Shown one piece after another: positions 19,327-28,980 of a stretch of 64,000 nt of DNA; position 1 is the first letter of the stretch, and every line of letters starts with the position of its first letter. This DNA is from a virus (taxonomy: Duplodnaviria > Caudoviricetes): IMG/VR virus record IMGVR_UViG_3300020049_003954, positions 1,070 through 65,069 of that record, one strand, 5' to 3'. The translations under genes were made by a program, and so were the position numbers. The notes beneath the pieces were generated by a model. That model did not search any database and was not told where the DNA came from. It worked only from the letters and a program-made list of their open reading frames with translations.

Positions 19327-19611
19327 TTAGCCATCGTTTCGTCTTTCTAGTAGCTCGTCGTCTAATATTTTCATTAGCTTCAGCAAATTCATTCCATCGT
19401 AAGGAGGCTTTAGCTGTATATCATTGAGTTTTCTGAGGGGTTTACAGGTCCCATCAGGCAATCCATCATCGTAATGGCGCTCGTGTCGGAAGACTATGTG
19501 TTTAAATTCTACAGCAGGGCCACGGAAGTCTTCACCTGTCCATACCCCAACATTAAAGTGTCGTCCGTCAACTTCATAGACACTTCCTACTTCTAGTTCT
19601 TCTTTATTCAT
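19327..19611 (-). CDS. Hypothetical protein
   Basis: 94 aa with RBS. Confidence 0.65.
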   Translation of the reverse strand: MNKEELEVGSVYEVDGRHFNVGVWTGEDFRGPAVEFKHIVFRHERHYDDGLPDGTCKPLRKLNDIQLKPPYDGMNLLKLMKILDDELLERRNDG

Positions 19612-19689
19612 TTATTGAACACCTTTCATTAATAAAATTACCGATATATTCCATAGACGAGGAAGTCTAGGCGAGAAAGGGGCTATTGG

Positions 19690-20043
19690 ATGATGTATTT
19701 GATTCATTTCCTATCAAACGATAATCTAACTCTCTTCGAGAACTTCGTTATATGGATCAATTTTTTTGGAGCTTGCTTTGCATTCTATTTTAACCGTAAA
19801 GCGCATAAGAGTGGCATCCCAAGGTTTAGGAAAACAAGTTTCTTAATTGCCGGGCTTGCTTTTATCTACTGTGTTAGTTATCTTATTCTTCTACTGCTAG
19901 ATCCAACATTCCTAATTTGGTCATCTGCCATGAGAGGCGTTTCTATTATAGTTTGGCCAATTGTATGGGTTCTTCCTGCCGTGACTTCTGTAAGACTATG
20001 GACAGAGTTGGAAGCTAAAGTATTGGAAGAGGTAGATGAATAA
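19690..20043 (+). CDS. Membrane protein (about 3 TM), holin-like
   Basis: Three hydrophobic segments; coupled to the next gene. Confidence 0.6.
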   Translation: MMYLIHFLSNDNLTLFENFVIWINFFGACFAFYFNRKAHKSGIPRFRKTSFLIAGLAFIYCVSYLILLLLDPTFLIWSSAMRGVSIIVWPIVWVLPAVTSVRLWTELEAKVLEEVDE

Positions 20044-20477
20044 TGTACTACATGTTAGCACAGCAAGCTGCCGCCAGTCAACCTTACTGGCTGGTATTAG
20101 TTTTGGCACTCTTTGCCTCTGGTTCTATAACGGCTCTACTTAACTATTGGTTTAATAAACGAAAGACCCATGCCGAAGTTGAGAAAGTAGATGCTGATGC
20201 TGCTGACATTATTCAACATGCCGCAGGAGAGCTTATTGAGAAGGTTCGTGTCCAGTCTGCTCTGTCAGATAAAAGATATCAAGAACAAAACCAAACGCTT
20301 ATTGAGCAGAACGCTAAAATGGCTCTGCAATTAGACGACCTACAGGTACAAGTAGCTAAGATACCACATCTAGAAGCAAGCATTGCTGACCTTCGTATTG
20401 GTATCCAGATGCTAACGGACCAGTTGAAGGATAATGGAATTCATCCCGTCTATCCTCCTGGTCCTCCACCCTTCTGA
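20043..20477 (+). CDS. Membrane-anchored coiled-coil protein, holin/lysis-associated-like
   Basis: N-terminal TM, basic stop-transfer, heptad region, Pro-rich tail. Confidence 0.6.
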   Translation: MYYMLAQQAAASQPYWLVLVLALFASGSITALLNYWFNKRKTHAEVEKVDADAADIIQHAAGELIEKVRVQSALSDKRYQEQNQTLIEQNAKMALQLDDLQVQVAKIPHLEASIADLRIGIQMLTDQLKDNGIHPVYPPGPPPF

Positions 20478-21253
20478 AGTAGAGAGACTTTCTTGTTAGC
20501 TCTGTAGAGTTCTAACTGATCTACAAGACATTCCTGTGGGGTTTTATCAAATCTTAATTTTGGTTTGACTGGTTGATACAACCTATCACCCTTGGTGACA
20601 TATAAGATGTCTACTTGAACAACGTCACCAATCTTTACATTGGGTCCGTCACCAGTAAGAGCTGAACACTTTCCAACCTCTTGGAATCCGACTCCATCAA
20701 ACAATCCTAATAGGAAGTTGTCCTTGTTGTCAATACCTTTGTCGAGGATAACACAATCAACTTGGCTGATGAACTTGAACTTCAAGAAGTTGGAAGTCTC
20801 TTTGTTGATGTAGGGCGCAGAGAGTAGTTTGAATACCACTCCCTCATTACGGCCATCCTTAAACTCATGAAACTTTTCTTCCTTGTTCTCTGTGATAAGA
20901 GGAACAAGTTCTATAGGGCCATTGAACTTGGAAGATATCATCTCCAACATCTCATACCTACGGGACAGCGGCCATGACTGGACGTTACCTGTAGGTACTT
21001 CTAATAGGTCGAAGATATAATATACATCATTCAGTAGCTCACCATCAAATGTCCAGCTTGTAGTGAACTCCTTAAAGTAATCCACAATATTTTCTGGACA
21101 TTCTAGAGGGTCACCCTTACGATTGAATGTCTCAACCTTTTCACCGCAGGATAGAAGCATTCTCCATCCATCAATTTTCTGCTGCATACCCCACTTATCT
21201 GATTTCAGATATTGCTGTGGGGTATTTGTATTTTTAGGTAACTGTGCCCTCAT
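20450..21253 (-). CDS. ATP-dependent DNA ligase
   Basis: QKIDG, FDGE, FDLL, EGVVFK, KFK; OB fold ending P..LRFDK. Confidence 0.85.
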   Translation of the reverse strand: MRAQLPKNTNTPQQYLKSDKWGMQQKIDGWRMLLSCGEKVETFNRKGDPLECPENIVDYFKEFTTSWTFDGELLNDVYYIFDLLEVPTGNVQSWPLSRRYEMLEMISSKFNGPIELVPLITENKEEKFHEFKDGRNEGVVFKLLSAPYINKETSNFLKFKFISQVDCVILDKGIDNKDNFLLGLFDGVGFQEVGKCSALTGDGPNVKIGDVVQVDILYVTKGDRLYQPVKPKLRFDKTPQECLVDQLELYRANKKVSLLQKGGGPGG

Positions 21254-21608
21254 CTTTAAACCCTTTGATTATTTGTTGGAAGTCGGTGTCTACTTTCACT
21301 TCATCAGGTGTCATGATGGCCTCAGGTAGAATTCTAATTCGTAGACTTAGTGTGTCATTATGTTCTTCATCTAGATTGACGCTTACCGTTTCTAGTTCAA
21401 GATTGATAGAACTTAACGCCCGTCTAATTTTCTCTTCTAGAATTCTTGCTCTATCTAGTGGGTCATCAGGTATCATGTTTCCATCCTTTGTCTTTCCTGT
21501 CGTAATCCTTTTTAGATTTAAACGTCTGAGCACGCTGCTTACGACCCTCAGCAAGAGCTTGTTTCCTCTCACGTCTTTCTCGTAGTCTTGCAGCCAGTAT
21601 GGTTTCAT
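21234..21608 (-). CDS. Hypothetical protein
   Basis: 124 aa, coupled. Confidence 0.65.
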   Translation of the reverse strand: MKPYWLQDYEKDVRGNKLLLRVVSSVLRRLNLKRITTGKTKDGNMIPDDPLDRARILEEKIRRALSSINLELETVSVNLDEEHNDTLSLRIRILPEAIMTPDEVKVDTDFQQIIKGFKDEGTVT

Positions 21609-21811
21609 GCAATCTTTGTTCCTGTAAGTCTCGTTTCTTCTTCATAAGCATCGTAGCTTTCTACATAGTAATCATCACTGAACCACTGGAATCTATCACC
21701 AGCGTCATCATCATATTCTTCGTCATCAGCGTAGAGGGTATCATATTCGATACCCTCTACTAATGACTGGTCCAGTAACTGCTGTTCAATTATTGCATCA
21801 TGATTCAACAT
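21605..21811 (-). CDS. Acidic hypothetical protein
   Basis: 68 aa. Confidence 0.55.
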   Translation of the reverse strand: MLNHDAIIEQQLLDQSLVEGIEYDTLYADDEEYDDDAGDRFQWFSDDYYVESYDAYEEETRLTGTKIA

Positions 21812-22016
21812 CTAGTTCTCCTGGTTTGAAGGCCCATGCTGGACCACCGGGTTGGAATCTATCTAACTTAACACTACCTAGAGTCTCGCCATTACTATCC
21901 ACAATAGGAATGTCTCCTAAAGAGATAGCGGTCTGCTCTACTGGAATCTTTTTCAGAGACTTAATAAAGTCTAGGATTTCTTTCAATTCGTTTTCGAAAA
22001 TCACATTCGTACTCAT
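21798..22016 (-). CDS. Hypothetical protein
   Basis: 72 aa. Confidence 0.55.
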   Translation of the reverse strand: MSTNVIFENELKEILDFIKSLKKIPVEQTAISLGDIPIVDSNGETLGSVKLDRFQPGGPAWAFKPGELDVES

Positions 22017-22174
22017 GCAAAGTGTCCTTTAGCGTTGTCAATTGTTTCGTCTAGTATATCTTCGGGGACTCCGACGCTTAAGAAAAGCGTCTTGAAGTCC
22101 TTGTCAAACTGATCCTGAATTGCCATGCGTTCTGCCATGGAGGCATCAGCTTTCTTTTTCTGTTCTGGTGTCAT
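22013..22174 (-). CDS. Hypothetical protein (53 aa)
   Basis: Translated by hand; fills the gap with coupled ends. Confidence 0.55.
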   Translation of the reverse strand: MTPEQKKKADASMAERMAIQDQFDKDFKTLFLSVGVPEDILDETIDNAKGHFA

Positions 22175-22175
22175 A

Positions 22176-22970
22176 TCAAACTCCGAAACTGTCTAGTGCG
22201 GCTAACATATCAATCTCCTGGGCAACAGGAGCGACGGGGAGAGCATTTACAACACCCTCTGAGTCTGGCTTAAGAGCCAGTAGACGCTGAGTAACCATGT
22301 TGACGTACTCGTCACGCTGGAAACCAACTGCGGCTTTCTGAGAGACAGATACAGCCTTCTCACGGACAGCTTCACCTAGAGATGGTTCATACACATCAAA
22401 CTGGTTGAGTTCTTCTGGGTAAAGTTGTTTCTGAACAGTGATCCAACCCTGGTATAGACCTAGACGGAATAGACCTTCGTGGTTCTGTAGATTACAAAGA
22501 CCAAGTAGACCTAGATCAGAGTCACGGAGAATGGTGTTGATGAAATCATACCACTGTACGTTGACAGGATCTTTAATCTCTTTACCCTTGGTGTTTTTAA
22601 TCATAGGACGGAAGATGTATGCCTGATTGGTTGAGGGGAATACATAACGCTCTACATCTGAACGAGGATGAGCGGTAAGGTTCATGATGTTCTTAGGCAG
22701 GTGAGACTCTTTAGCCTGCTGAACTGCCTCATCAGGAACGATCTTACGCTCAGGGTCACTCTTCTCGTAACGCTGTAGGACATCTTTCTCCCAGATCTTA
22801 CCATCATAATCACGGTAGACCTGCTCCACAGGCTTACCATCAGGACTGATAAGTTTATACTCTGGACGGGTTGCTACTGCACGAACTGGCACAAGTGAAC
22901 CAGTTACGGTAGCAGAACCAAAGTGCATGGTTAGCTGTGATACGTATGCTTTAATTTTCTTTTCCATCAC
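22176..22970 (-). CDS. ku: Ku-like DNA end-binding protein
   Basis: Pattern follows prokaryotic Ku (MHFGSATV; YIFRP; WYDFI..L; LYPEEL); aligned by eye. Confidence 0.7.
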   Translation of the reverse strand: MMEKKIKAYVSQLTMHFGSATVTGSLVPVRAVATRPEYKLISPDGKPVEQVYRDYDGKIWEKDVLQRYEKSDPERKIVPDEAVQQAKESHLPKNIMNLTAHPRSDVERYVFPSTNQAYIFRPMIKNTKGKEIKDPVNVQWYDFINTILRDSDLGLLGLCNLQNHEGLFRLGLYQGWITVQKQLYPEELNQFDVYEPSLGEAVREKAVSVSQKAAVGFQRDEYVNMVTQRLLALKPDSEGVVNALPVAPVAQEIDMLAALDSFGV

Positions 22971-23113
22971 AATCTCCTTAAAGATTATTCATTGCATCTA
23001 CGACTGATTTCCAGCCTCTTAATTTTGCCTCTTGGTCTAGAAGGGCTACTGTATGTAAAGCCTCTTCAAACTTCTCATCACTGAGTTTGGTTCAATTGCC
23101 GATCTATCACCCA

Positions 23114-24031
23114 TTACGCATTCTCCTTAAGAGTCTGTAGACCGCTATAAAGCAGCACTCTACCACCTGATGTTAACTCTACCATCTCTTTGTCGATGAG
23201 TAGTTTCTCTAGCTTCTCTACGATGTCACGAGGACGACCAGAGAGGTTGGTAATATTCTTGACACCAACAGGTCTGCCATTACGACCAAGCTGTTCCAAA
23301 GCTCTAAGATAAGCTAGGTGATCTTCTGTTAGGCCATCGGCAGTGATGCCACAGGTTTCTAGAATCTCATCTACTTTTTCTAGTGAGCCAAGATCCTGTG
23401 CAGCAAAGACTAAACGTCTAGCCTGTCGAGGAATACCAGCACTGGCTCTACCAAGAGCTAGACATGATTCTTTAGTCACACCTAGTCCAAGCATTAAAGC
23501 CATACGCTCAACAATCTGAGCCATCTCTACCTCATTGTAAGCCTCTAGTGTATGACGTAGAGGGAATCTATCATACAGTGGAGTAATAAGCTTATCCTGT
23601 TCTGTGGTAGCGGCGATGAATGTAATTGGAACAGTAAGGTATTCAACCTTGCCACTGTCATATGTCATCTTACGTTTCTCTAGCACGTCGAGAAGATAGT
23701 GCTGGCTCTTGCTATTGAGACAGTGAATCTCATCTAGGAAGATGACACCACCATCGAAGTTCTTGATCTTCGCATAAAGAGAACCCATCTTAAAGTTAGG
23801 AGTCATGGTAAGAGCCATGAGTTCCATGTTCATTTCCTGGGCTACTAGTTCAGCAAGTGAAGTTTTACCAGTACCAGCAGGACCGAGTATGAGCGTATGC
23901 TTTAGTGGTTCAAAGCGATCTAACGCACCTTGAATAGATAGCTGTAGGCGTTCCTTAACTTTGGCCTGTCCAATATAAGTGTCCCAAGTCCTGGGAGCTA
24001 GTGAATGATCTTGATGTTCTTCTACTACCAT
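23114..24031 (-). CDS. ruvB: RuvB-like Holliday junction branch-migration ATPase
   Basis: LAPRTWDTYIGQ, GPAGTGKT, FLDEIH, IAATT, PLYDRF, GIPRQA, winged-helix PVG region. Start at ATG 24031 behind an AAGGA RBS. Confidence 0.85.
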   Translation of the reverse strand: MVVEEHQDHSLAPRTWDTYIGQAKVKERLQLSIQGALDRFEPLKHTLILGPAGTGKTSLAELVAQEMNMELMALTMTPNFKMGSLYAKIKNFDGGVIFLDEIHCLNSKSQHYLLDVLEKRKMTYDSGKVEYLTVPITFIAATTEQDKLITPLYDRFPLRHTLEAYNEVEMAQIVERMALMLGLGVTKESCLALGRASAGIPRQARRLVFAAQDLGSLEKVDEILETCGITADGLTEDHLAYLRALEQLGRNGRPVGVKNITNLSGRPRDIVEKLEKLLIDKEMVELTSGGRVLLYSGLQTLKENA

Positions 24032-24041
24032 TGCAAATTCC

Positions 24042-24239
24042 TTATTCGTTGTGGGGCCAGTTTTCTGGCATGTCGTCTTCTTCAAAGGGCCAAATCTCTT
24101 TTACGAGATAATGCCTGCGGGCGATTGCGTCAGTGTAAACCTCGCTAGAGGCAACACTAGTCCACCCGCACTTGCATGTCAACCCCCAAGTCTCATCGTC
24201 CCTGAGAGCGGTCATAACTTCATGTTCAGATTCTGCCAT
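24042..24239 (-). CDS. Small CxC/H protein
   Basis: 65 aa, CKCGW..H. Confidence 0.6.
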   Translation of the reverse strand: MAESEHEVMTALRDDETWGLTCKCGWTSVASSEVYTDAIARRHYLVKEIWPFEEDDMPENWPHNE

Positions 24240-25260
24240 CAGTAACCTCTACTACTTGTACGAATTGTTTCTTGGTTGCTTCAAGTTTCTCTGAGTCAAT
24301 CACCTTATCCGATGGGGGATTCTGGAAGGTAACTCCGTTGTAAAACTTATCACCAGTGATTGTCACAACAACAGCTTTGATATTGTCGTGTGTATTGAAA
24401 CCACTTACTAGCCTCACTACTCTCTCTTGATAATCACCGGAGGATGAGCTATCACCGTGGATGATCACCAGAGTTCTGTTGGACTTGATTACATTTTCTA
24501 ATTCTATATTTTCATTCAGCTTAAGTAGGTTCATATAGTTTTCTATTGGGTCGTTAGTTGGATGATACGATGTATTGATATTGTTGTTGTTTATAGTGGC
24601 CAACGCTGCATCGAAGAAGGAGACTTGCTTAGTGTCTTGCTTAACTTGTAACTCGTCCGTTAAAAGACTCTTAAAAGACTTTGCTATCATTTCCTGATCC
24701 AGAATAATTTTATCACCCAAATTAGGGTAAGTATATGGGTGAGGCCCATCAGCAGTGATAACTAAATCATATAGCGAATCAATTACCCACAACTTGTCAT
24801 CATACAGAGTTACCTTACGATCAATCGGTGGAGGCAGGATAACGCCTGCCTGCTTATACCCAAAAGATAATGTATACTCTTCTGCGTTATGCGTTGGCCA
24901 GCAAACCGTTCCATTAGATTCTTTAAACTCTTCCGAGTCAGGAGAAATTGCAAGCCCGTTTAAGATAACCTTTCCATCAAGAGCAATGATTGTATCGTAT
25001 GCATGAGTCATCCAGAAAGGTTCTACTTCTACAAAACCACTTGGACCAATGATAATCTCCGAAGATGGTGTAAGAGCATGAGCAAGTTCCCCATATAGCT
25101 GTGCATTAGTTTCTAAACCATTGACAAAGTATACGGCGCTTCCACTTTTGGCTAAGCTATAATCAACAAGGAAGACTGGATTCATTGCTAGATACTGTTC
25201 ATTGAAATCCCAATTAGAATAGCATAGAACTTGTTTACTTTCCGCTTTTTTACTTTCCAT
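24226..25260 (-). CDS. Hypothetical protein with a possible degenerate vWA-like C-terminus
   Basis: 344 aa; LVIIHGDSSSSG strand-loop resembles a MIDAS site; weak. Confidence 0.55.
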   Translation of the reverse strand: MESKKAESKQVLCYSNWDFNEQYLAMNPVFLVDYSLAKSGSAVYFVNGLETNAQLYGELAHALTPSSEIIIGPSGFVEVEPFWMTHAYDTIIALDGKVILNGLAISPDSEEFKESNGTVCWPTHNAEEYTLSFGYKQAGVILPPPIDRKVTLYDDKLWVIDSLYDLVITADGPHPYTYPNLGDKIILDQEMIAKSFKSLLTDELQVKQDTKQVSFFDAALATINNNNINTSYHPTNDPIENYMNLLKLNENIELENVIKSNRTLVIIHGDSSSSGDYQERVVRLVSGFNTHDNIKAVVVTITGDKFYNGVTFQNPPSDKVIDSEKLEATKKQFVQVVEVTDGRI

Positions 25261-26140
25261 ATTTTTCCTTTAAAGAGTTTGTATAAGTTTCATATGATAT
25301 TGTTGCCATGTATGACTGTTCCACAACAATAACCATATCGAGTAGAGAAGAAGCACGACACTCTAGATATTTCATTCCCTTGATCAATGTTTCAAGGTTG
25401 GAAATTTGTGGTGACGTAGGTTGTTTGTCCGAAGCTTTAAGAGAAGCTAATAATTCATCGAACTCGCTGAGTTTCTTGTTAATCTCAATCTGAAAAGCTT
25501 TGGCAACTAAATCCTGTTGATCCAAAGTATTTACTAGAGGAATAATTCTTAGATCAGATTGACCAAGAACAATACATACATCCTCTAAGTCTTTAGCGAG
25601 AGGGAGATCTTCCTTCTCAATAAAGTAAGTTCCTGAACGAAGCCAGAGAGCATTGAGTTGATCTTCTAAGAAGGTTCTCACAATATTTCTCATAGCTAGA
25701 TGATCAATAAGATTATTGCTATTTAATTCTCCGTCGATGATTGCCATGACTCTCACAAAATCTTCTGTAAGTTCCTCATCGGAATATTCATAGGTCCCTG
25801 TTCTTTTATCGAAGGTAAGAGTTCCAATATCTTCTTCTATATTAAGTCCAGAGCTTTTATTGACCCTGTGTCTAGCAATTTTACGTTCGATAAACTCATT
25901 CGTTTCCTTGGAGGGACGAACATATACCTTACGTTTAGTGACACTAACTTTAGCATGTTCTTCATCATATTTAAAGGTAGCATTTTTACAACCACGCTTA
26001 AATAGATTTGCTTTGGTGGGCGTGCTCGGAACCTGTAGAGGAATATTCTCTTCCTCCACAAGTTCCGTGAGTACGTTTAGATCAAACTGAGCATCGGATG
26101 GTAGACTATGCCAGACAATGTAACCTAGATAATCATTCAT
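25250..26140 (-). CDS. DUF6744-like protein
   Basis: LGYIVWHS..P...LFKRG N-terminus; 296 aa. Confidence 0.55.
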   Translation of the reverse strand: MNDYLGYIVWHSLPSDAQFDLNVLTELVEEENIPLQVPSTPTKANLFKRGCKNATFKYDEEHAKVSVTKRKVYVRPSKETNEFIERKIARHRVNKSSGLNIEEDIGTLTFDKRTGTYEYSDEELTEDFVRVMAIIDGELNSNNLIDHLAMRNIVRTFLEDQLNALWLRSGTYFIEKEDLPLAKDLEDVCIVLGQSDLRIIPLVNTLDQQDLVAKAFQIEINKKLSEFDELLASLKASDKQPTSPQISNLETLIKGMKYLECRASSLLDMVIVVEQSYMATISYETYTNSLKEKYGK

Positions 26141-27617
26141 CTAATACCTCCCATTCTCCTGTTTTGTGGAATGTGTTTTCCTGGTTTGGGTCAGCCCAGA
26201 TATTGCCTGCGTGACCGTGTAGATTCTTGTCAGCATATAACTCATTAAGAAAGTCTTCTACGGCTGACGCTGGCATTGGGTCTTCGGATATATGGAATTC
26301 CTGATGAAGAGTTGGCTCTATCACTTTCTCTTTATAAGAGTCAATGATAGATTGTTTTTTCTTAGCGTTTTCTTCTGTCAGATTCTTAACCTCATCTGAC
26401 CAATCAAGAACGCTAGTGGGACCATCACTCTTCGAAGCCTGAGCTAGAGAGATTCCAACACTGGAAACTCTTTCTTTCTTCTCTGCTTTGTGAACGGTGC
26501 CCTGCCAAATACCAGACACCTCAATGCCATTCTCAATTGCAATGTCAAGATATTCTTTGACCATGTTCTGAACTGGTTCAGAAGCGTGACCGAATAGCAT
26601 ATCAATATCTACAGGGTTGGCAGCGTGAGCGTTGAGAACATAGTCCTTCATTGTGTGGAAGGAGTAACAGTAATCATCATCACGCTCTGCTCTAAAGTTA
26701 GCCCACTCTAGTTTGTTGAGGAAACAGCCACCGTTATGCTCTAGCGTGAACACACGGTCAACGAACAGTTGCTTGTTAATAAATTCTGTGGGGCCGAGTT
26801 CGCCTACCTCACGCTGGTAAAGGATTTTAGCGGCGTTTGCCCAACGCTCGCCACCGTAAGAACTGCCAGGAGTAAATTCCATGAACAGATCAACCATCTG
26901 TAGCAGGGCATCTACACCATGCTGTTCAAAGATGTAGTACCATCTTGTCCATGCACCTTTACGGTAACCTTTGAGGGTTTTGCCGAACGCTTTGTGGTGT
27001 CGTAGTTCTCCACCACAAGCAAGGTGAACGTACTCACGGAATGATTTATCTAACTCATCTACCAGAATATGCATAGCTGTGTCAGCTTTTTCCGAAAGCT
27101 TGGTGAGTTTAGATCTAGGATCTTTCTCAATGAGATTGAGATTGATAGCCTGACGTTCCTTAATCTCTTTCTTGGTTTTCTTTAACTTGATTCCTGCACG
27201 CTCTAACTCTTCGAATGAAGGAAGAGTTAGAGGCTCAAACTGAATGAAGGAATTGTTAATCAAACCGAAGAGAAGGTAGTAGTCCGCAGCAGACTGTGCA
27301 GGGTCAACCTCATCAGGCTTTACATTAGTCCAAAGACTATGCCAAACATAATCTTTGTACGATTCGATAGAAGTACCCTTCTCAACCTCCAAAGCTTTCT
27401 CGATATGAGAAGGGACATTGAATACCCAAGGAGATTCAGATGTAGAATGCTCAGAGAAATCTGAATCTTCTAGTTCGTCATCATCATAATGACCTATATC
27501 ATCATCTTCGTCATCATCAAGATCATATGGATAATCGTCTTCATCATCATCCATATCTTCTTCAAACCATGATATAATTTCATCTAGTGGGATTTCTTCG
27601 TCATCCATTGCTGTCAT
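26133..27617 (-). CDS. Hypothetical protein (494 aa), acidic N-terminus, with ELRH / YGGERW / HNGG motifs
   Basis: Long ORF coupled to the phosphatase gene. Confidence 0.8.
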   Translation of the reverse strand: MTAMDDEEIPLDEIISWFEEDMDDDEDDYPYDLDDDEDDDIGHYDDDELEDSDFSEHSTSESPWVFNVPSHIEKALEVEKGTSIESYKDYVWHSLWTNVKPDEVDPAQSAADYYLLFGLINNSFIQFEPLTLPSFEELERAGIKLKKTKKEIKERQAINLNLIEKDPRSKLTKLSEKADTAMHILVDELDKSFREYVHLACGGELRHHKAFGKTLKGYRKGAWTRWYYIFEQHGVDALLQMVDLFMEFTPGSSYGGERWANAAKILYQREVGELGPTEFINKQLFVDRVFTLEHNGGCFLNKLEWANFRAERDDDYCYSFHTMKDYVLNAHAANPVDIDMLFGHASEPVQNMVKEYLDIAIENGIEVSGIWQGTVHKAEKKERVSSVGISLAQASKSDGPTSVLDWSDEVKNLTEENAKKKQSIIDSYKEKVIEPTLHQEFHISEDPMPASAVEDFLNELYADKNLHGHAGNIWADPNQENTFHKTGEWEVLDE

Positions 27618-28980
27618 CTTCCTTGATTAAATCTTCTGCTTTGGGATAGAATTCTAGATAGAATTTAACACGGTCTGCTTCGTCGTGCCAATCCTTTAAA
27701 GTAATTTGATTGATAGTTGACTTGTTAATGTATTCACTAAAGTCAGAGTCCCACCATTTACATTCGTCCCCTAAACGAAGGCACTCATCGTGCCCGTTGA
27801 GGATCATAGCATAGTGGTCGATAGGTTTGCAAGGGGAATCTTCGGGGTCTGTGACGAGTCTCAGCCCTCCATACATATAGTCATACTTGGCTAAGATATC
27901 TAGACTATTTGATTTTACCCATACCTCTGGTTGAGGGTGTGTAAAGGTACTTAGATCCTGTTTCCAGAAGCTACATGATGTACCCTTGTCTGAACAAATG
28001 GGCCAACCACGGATCATCATTGCATAATGATCGAAGACCTGACAAGCTTTAGTTGTCTTGCCAGTGGAACCATAAGTTTTGGGAACATACACTGGTTCTT
28101 CTGGAACCTCTGTACCATACCAATAACCGGAAGCGTACTCAATGAACCATTCTTGAATGTCTGATTCAATCGCATGAACGCAGTATGAATTCTTTACAAA
28201 GTGGTACGCCTCATTAGGAGTAACTGAACCCTCCTGGCCTAAAAGATATAGACAGGCTAGGATCGTACCAGTTCTACCGTGCCCACCGATACAGCCAATC
28301 TCTACCATCTCGCCATTAAGGATACGTTCGTATGCATCAACGATCTGAGTCAGTGCAATCTCTTTATCCTTGGGCATGTTGTAGTCAGGCCAGTTGATAA
28401 ATTCATTTCGCCACGTCGGACGCCAGGAGTAATCAGCATACAAACCAAAGTCTGGATTGTCAGCCTCTTCGATGACATAGTTAACTGATGAACAGTAGAC
28501 AAAGTAACCATCAGCAATTTCGATTTCGTCGTGCTTGTGGCTACACTTTTTGACAGGCTTGTACGTCTTGGCATCTGGCTGTGTCACTGTTAACTTGCCA
28601 GCAGAATCATAACCCATTTTACCAAGTCCACCACCATAGCCACCGTAGTAACTGTCAGTGTCATCATCGAATAATGATTTGGTACTATATTGCACTTGAC
28701 TTTCCTCCACGCCGTGGTCTTCGTCTACCGTAAAGGTGACATTACAAGCGAAGCAATGATAAATCTTTTCACTTGAATCAGAAGGACAGGTGCATAGGTC
28801 AATGTATTCTCCACACTCAGAGTGAACTATATTATAGTTTCTCTTACACTGTGGACACTGTGCGTGAACGTGTTTAGTATCAAATTCGTAGTCGTCCATC
28901 CATTCGTCATCATCTCCGTAATCATACTGTAGTTCCATAAAATCAATCGCCTCTTTCGGTATCAGTGGTGCAGCCATCAT
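27601..28980 (-). CDS. CX5R protein-tyrosine/dual-specificity-type phosphatase with Zn ribbons and a duplicated Cys/His module
   Basis: EIGCIGGHGRTGT; WPD loop; N-terminal CxxC pairs; two DHYAM..C..C repeats. Confidence 0.8.
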   Translation of the reverse strand: MMAAPLIPKEAIDFMELQYDYGDDDEWMDDYEFDTKHVHAQCPQCKRNYNIVHSECGEYIDLCTCPSDSSEKIYHCFACNVTFTVDEDHGVEESQVQYSTKSLFDDDTDSYYGGYGGGLGKMGYDSAGKLTVTQPDAKTYKPVKKCSHKHDEIEIADGYFVYCSSVNYVIEEADNPDFGLYADYSWRPTWRNEFINWPDYNMPKDKEIALTQIVDAYERILNGEMVEIGCIGGHGRTGTILACLYLLGQEGSVTPNEAYHFVKNSYCVHAIESDIQEWFIEYASGYWYGTEVPEEPVYVPKTYGSTGKTTKACQVFDHYAMMIRGWPICSDKGTSCSFWKQDLSTFTHPQPEVWVKSNSLDILAKYDYMYGGLRLVTDPEDSPCKPIDHYAMILNGHDECLRLGDECKWWDSDFSEYINKSTINQITLKDWHDEADRVKFYLEFYPKAEDLIKEDDSNG

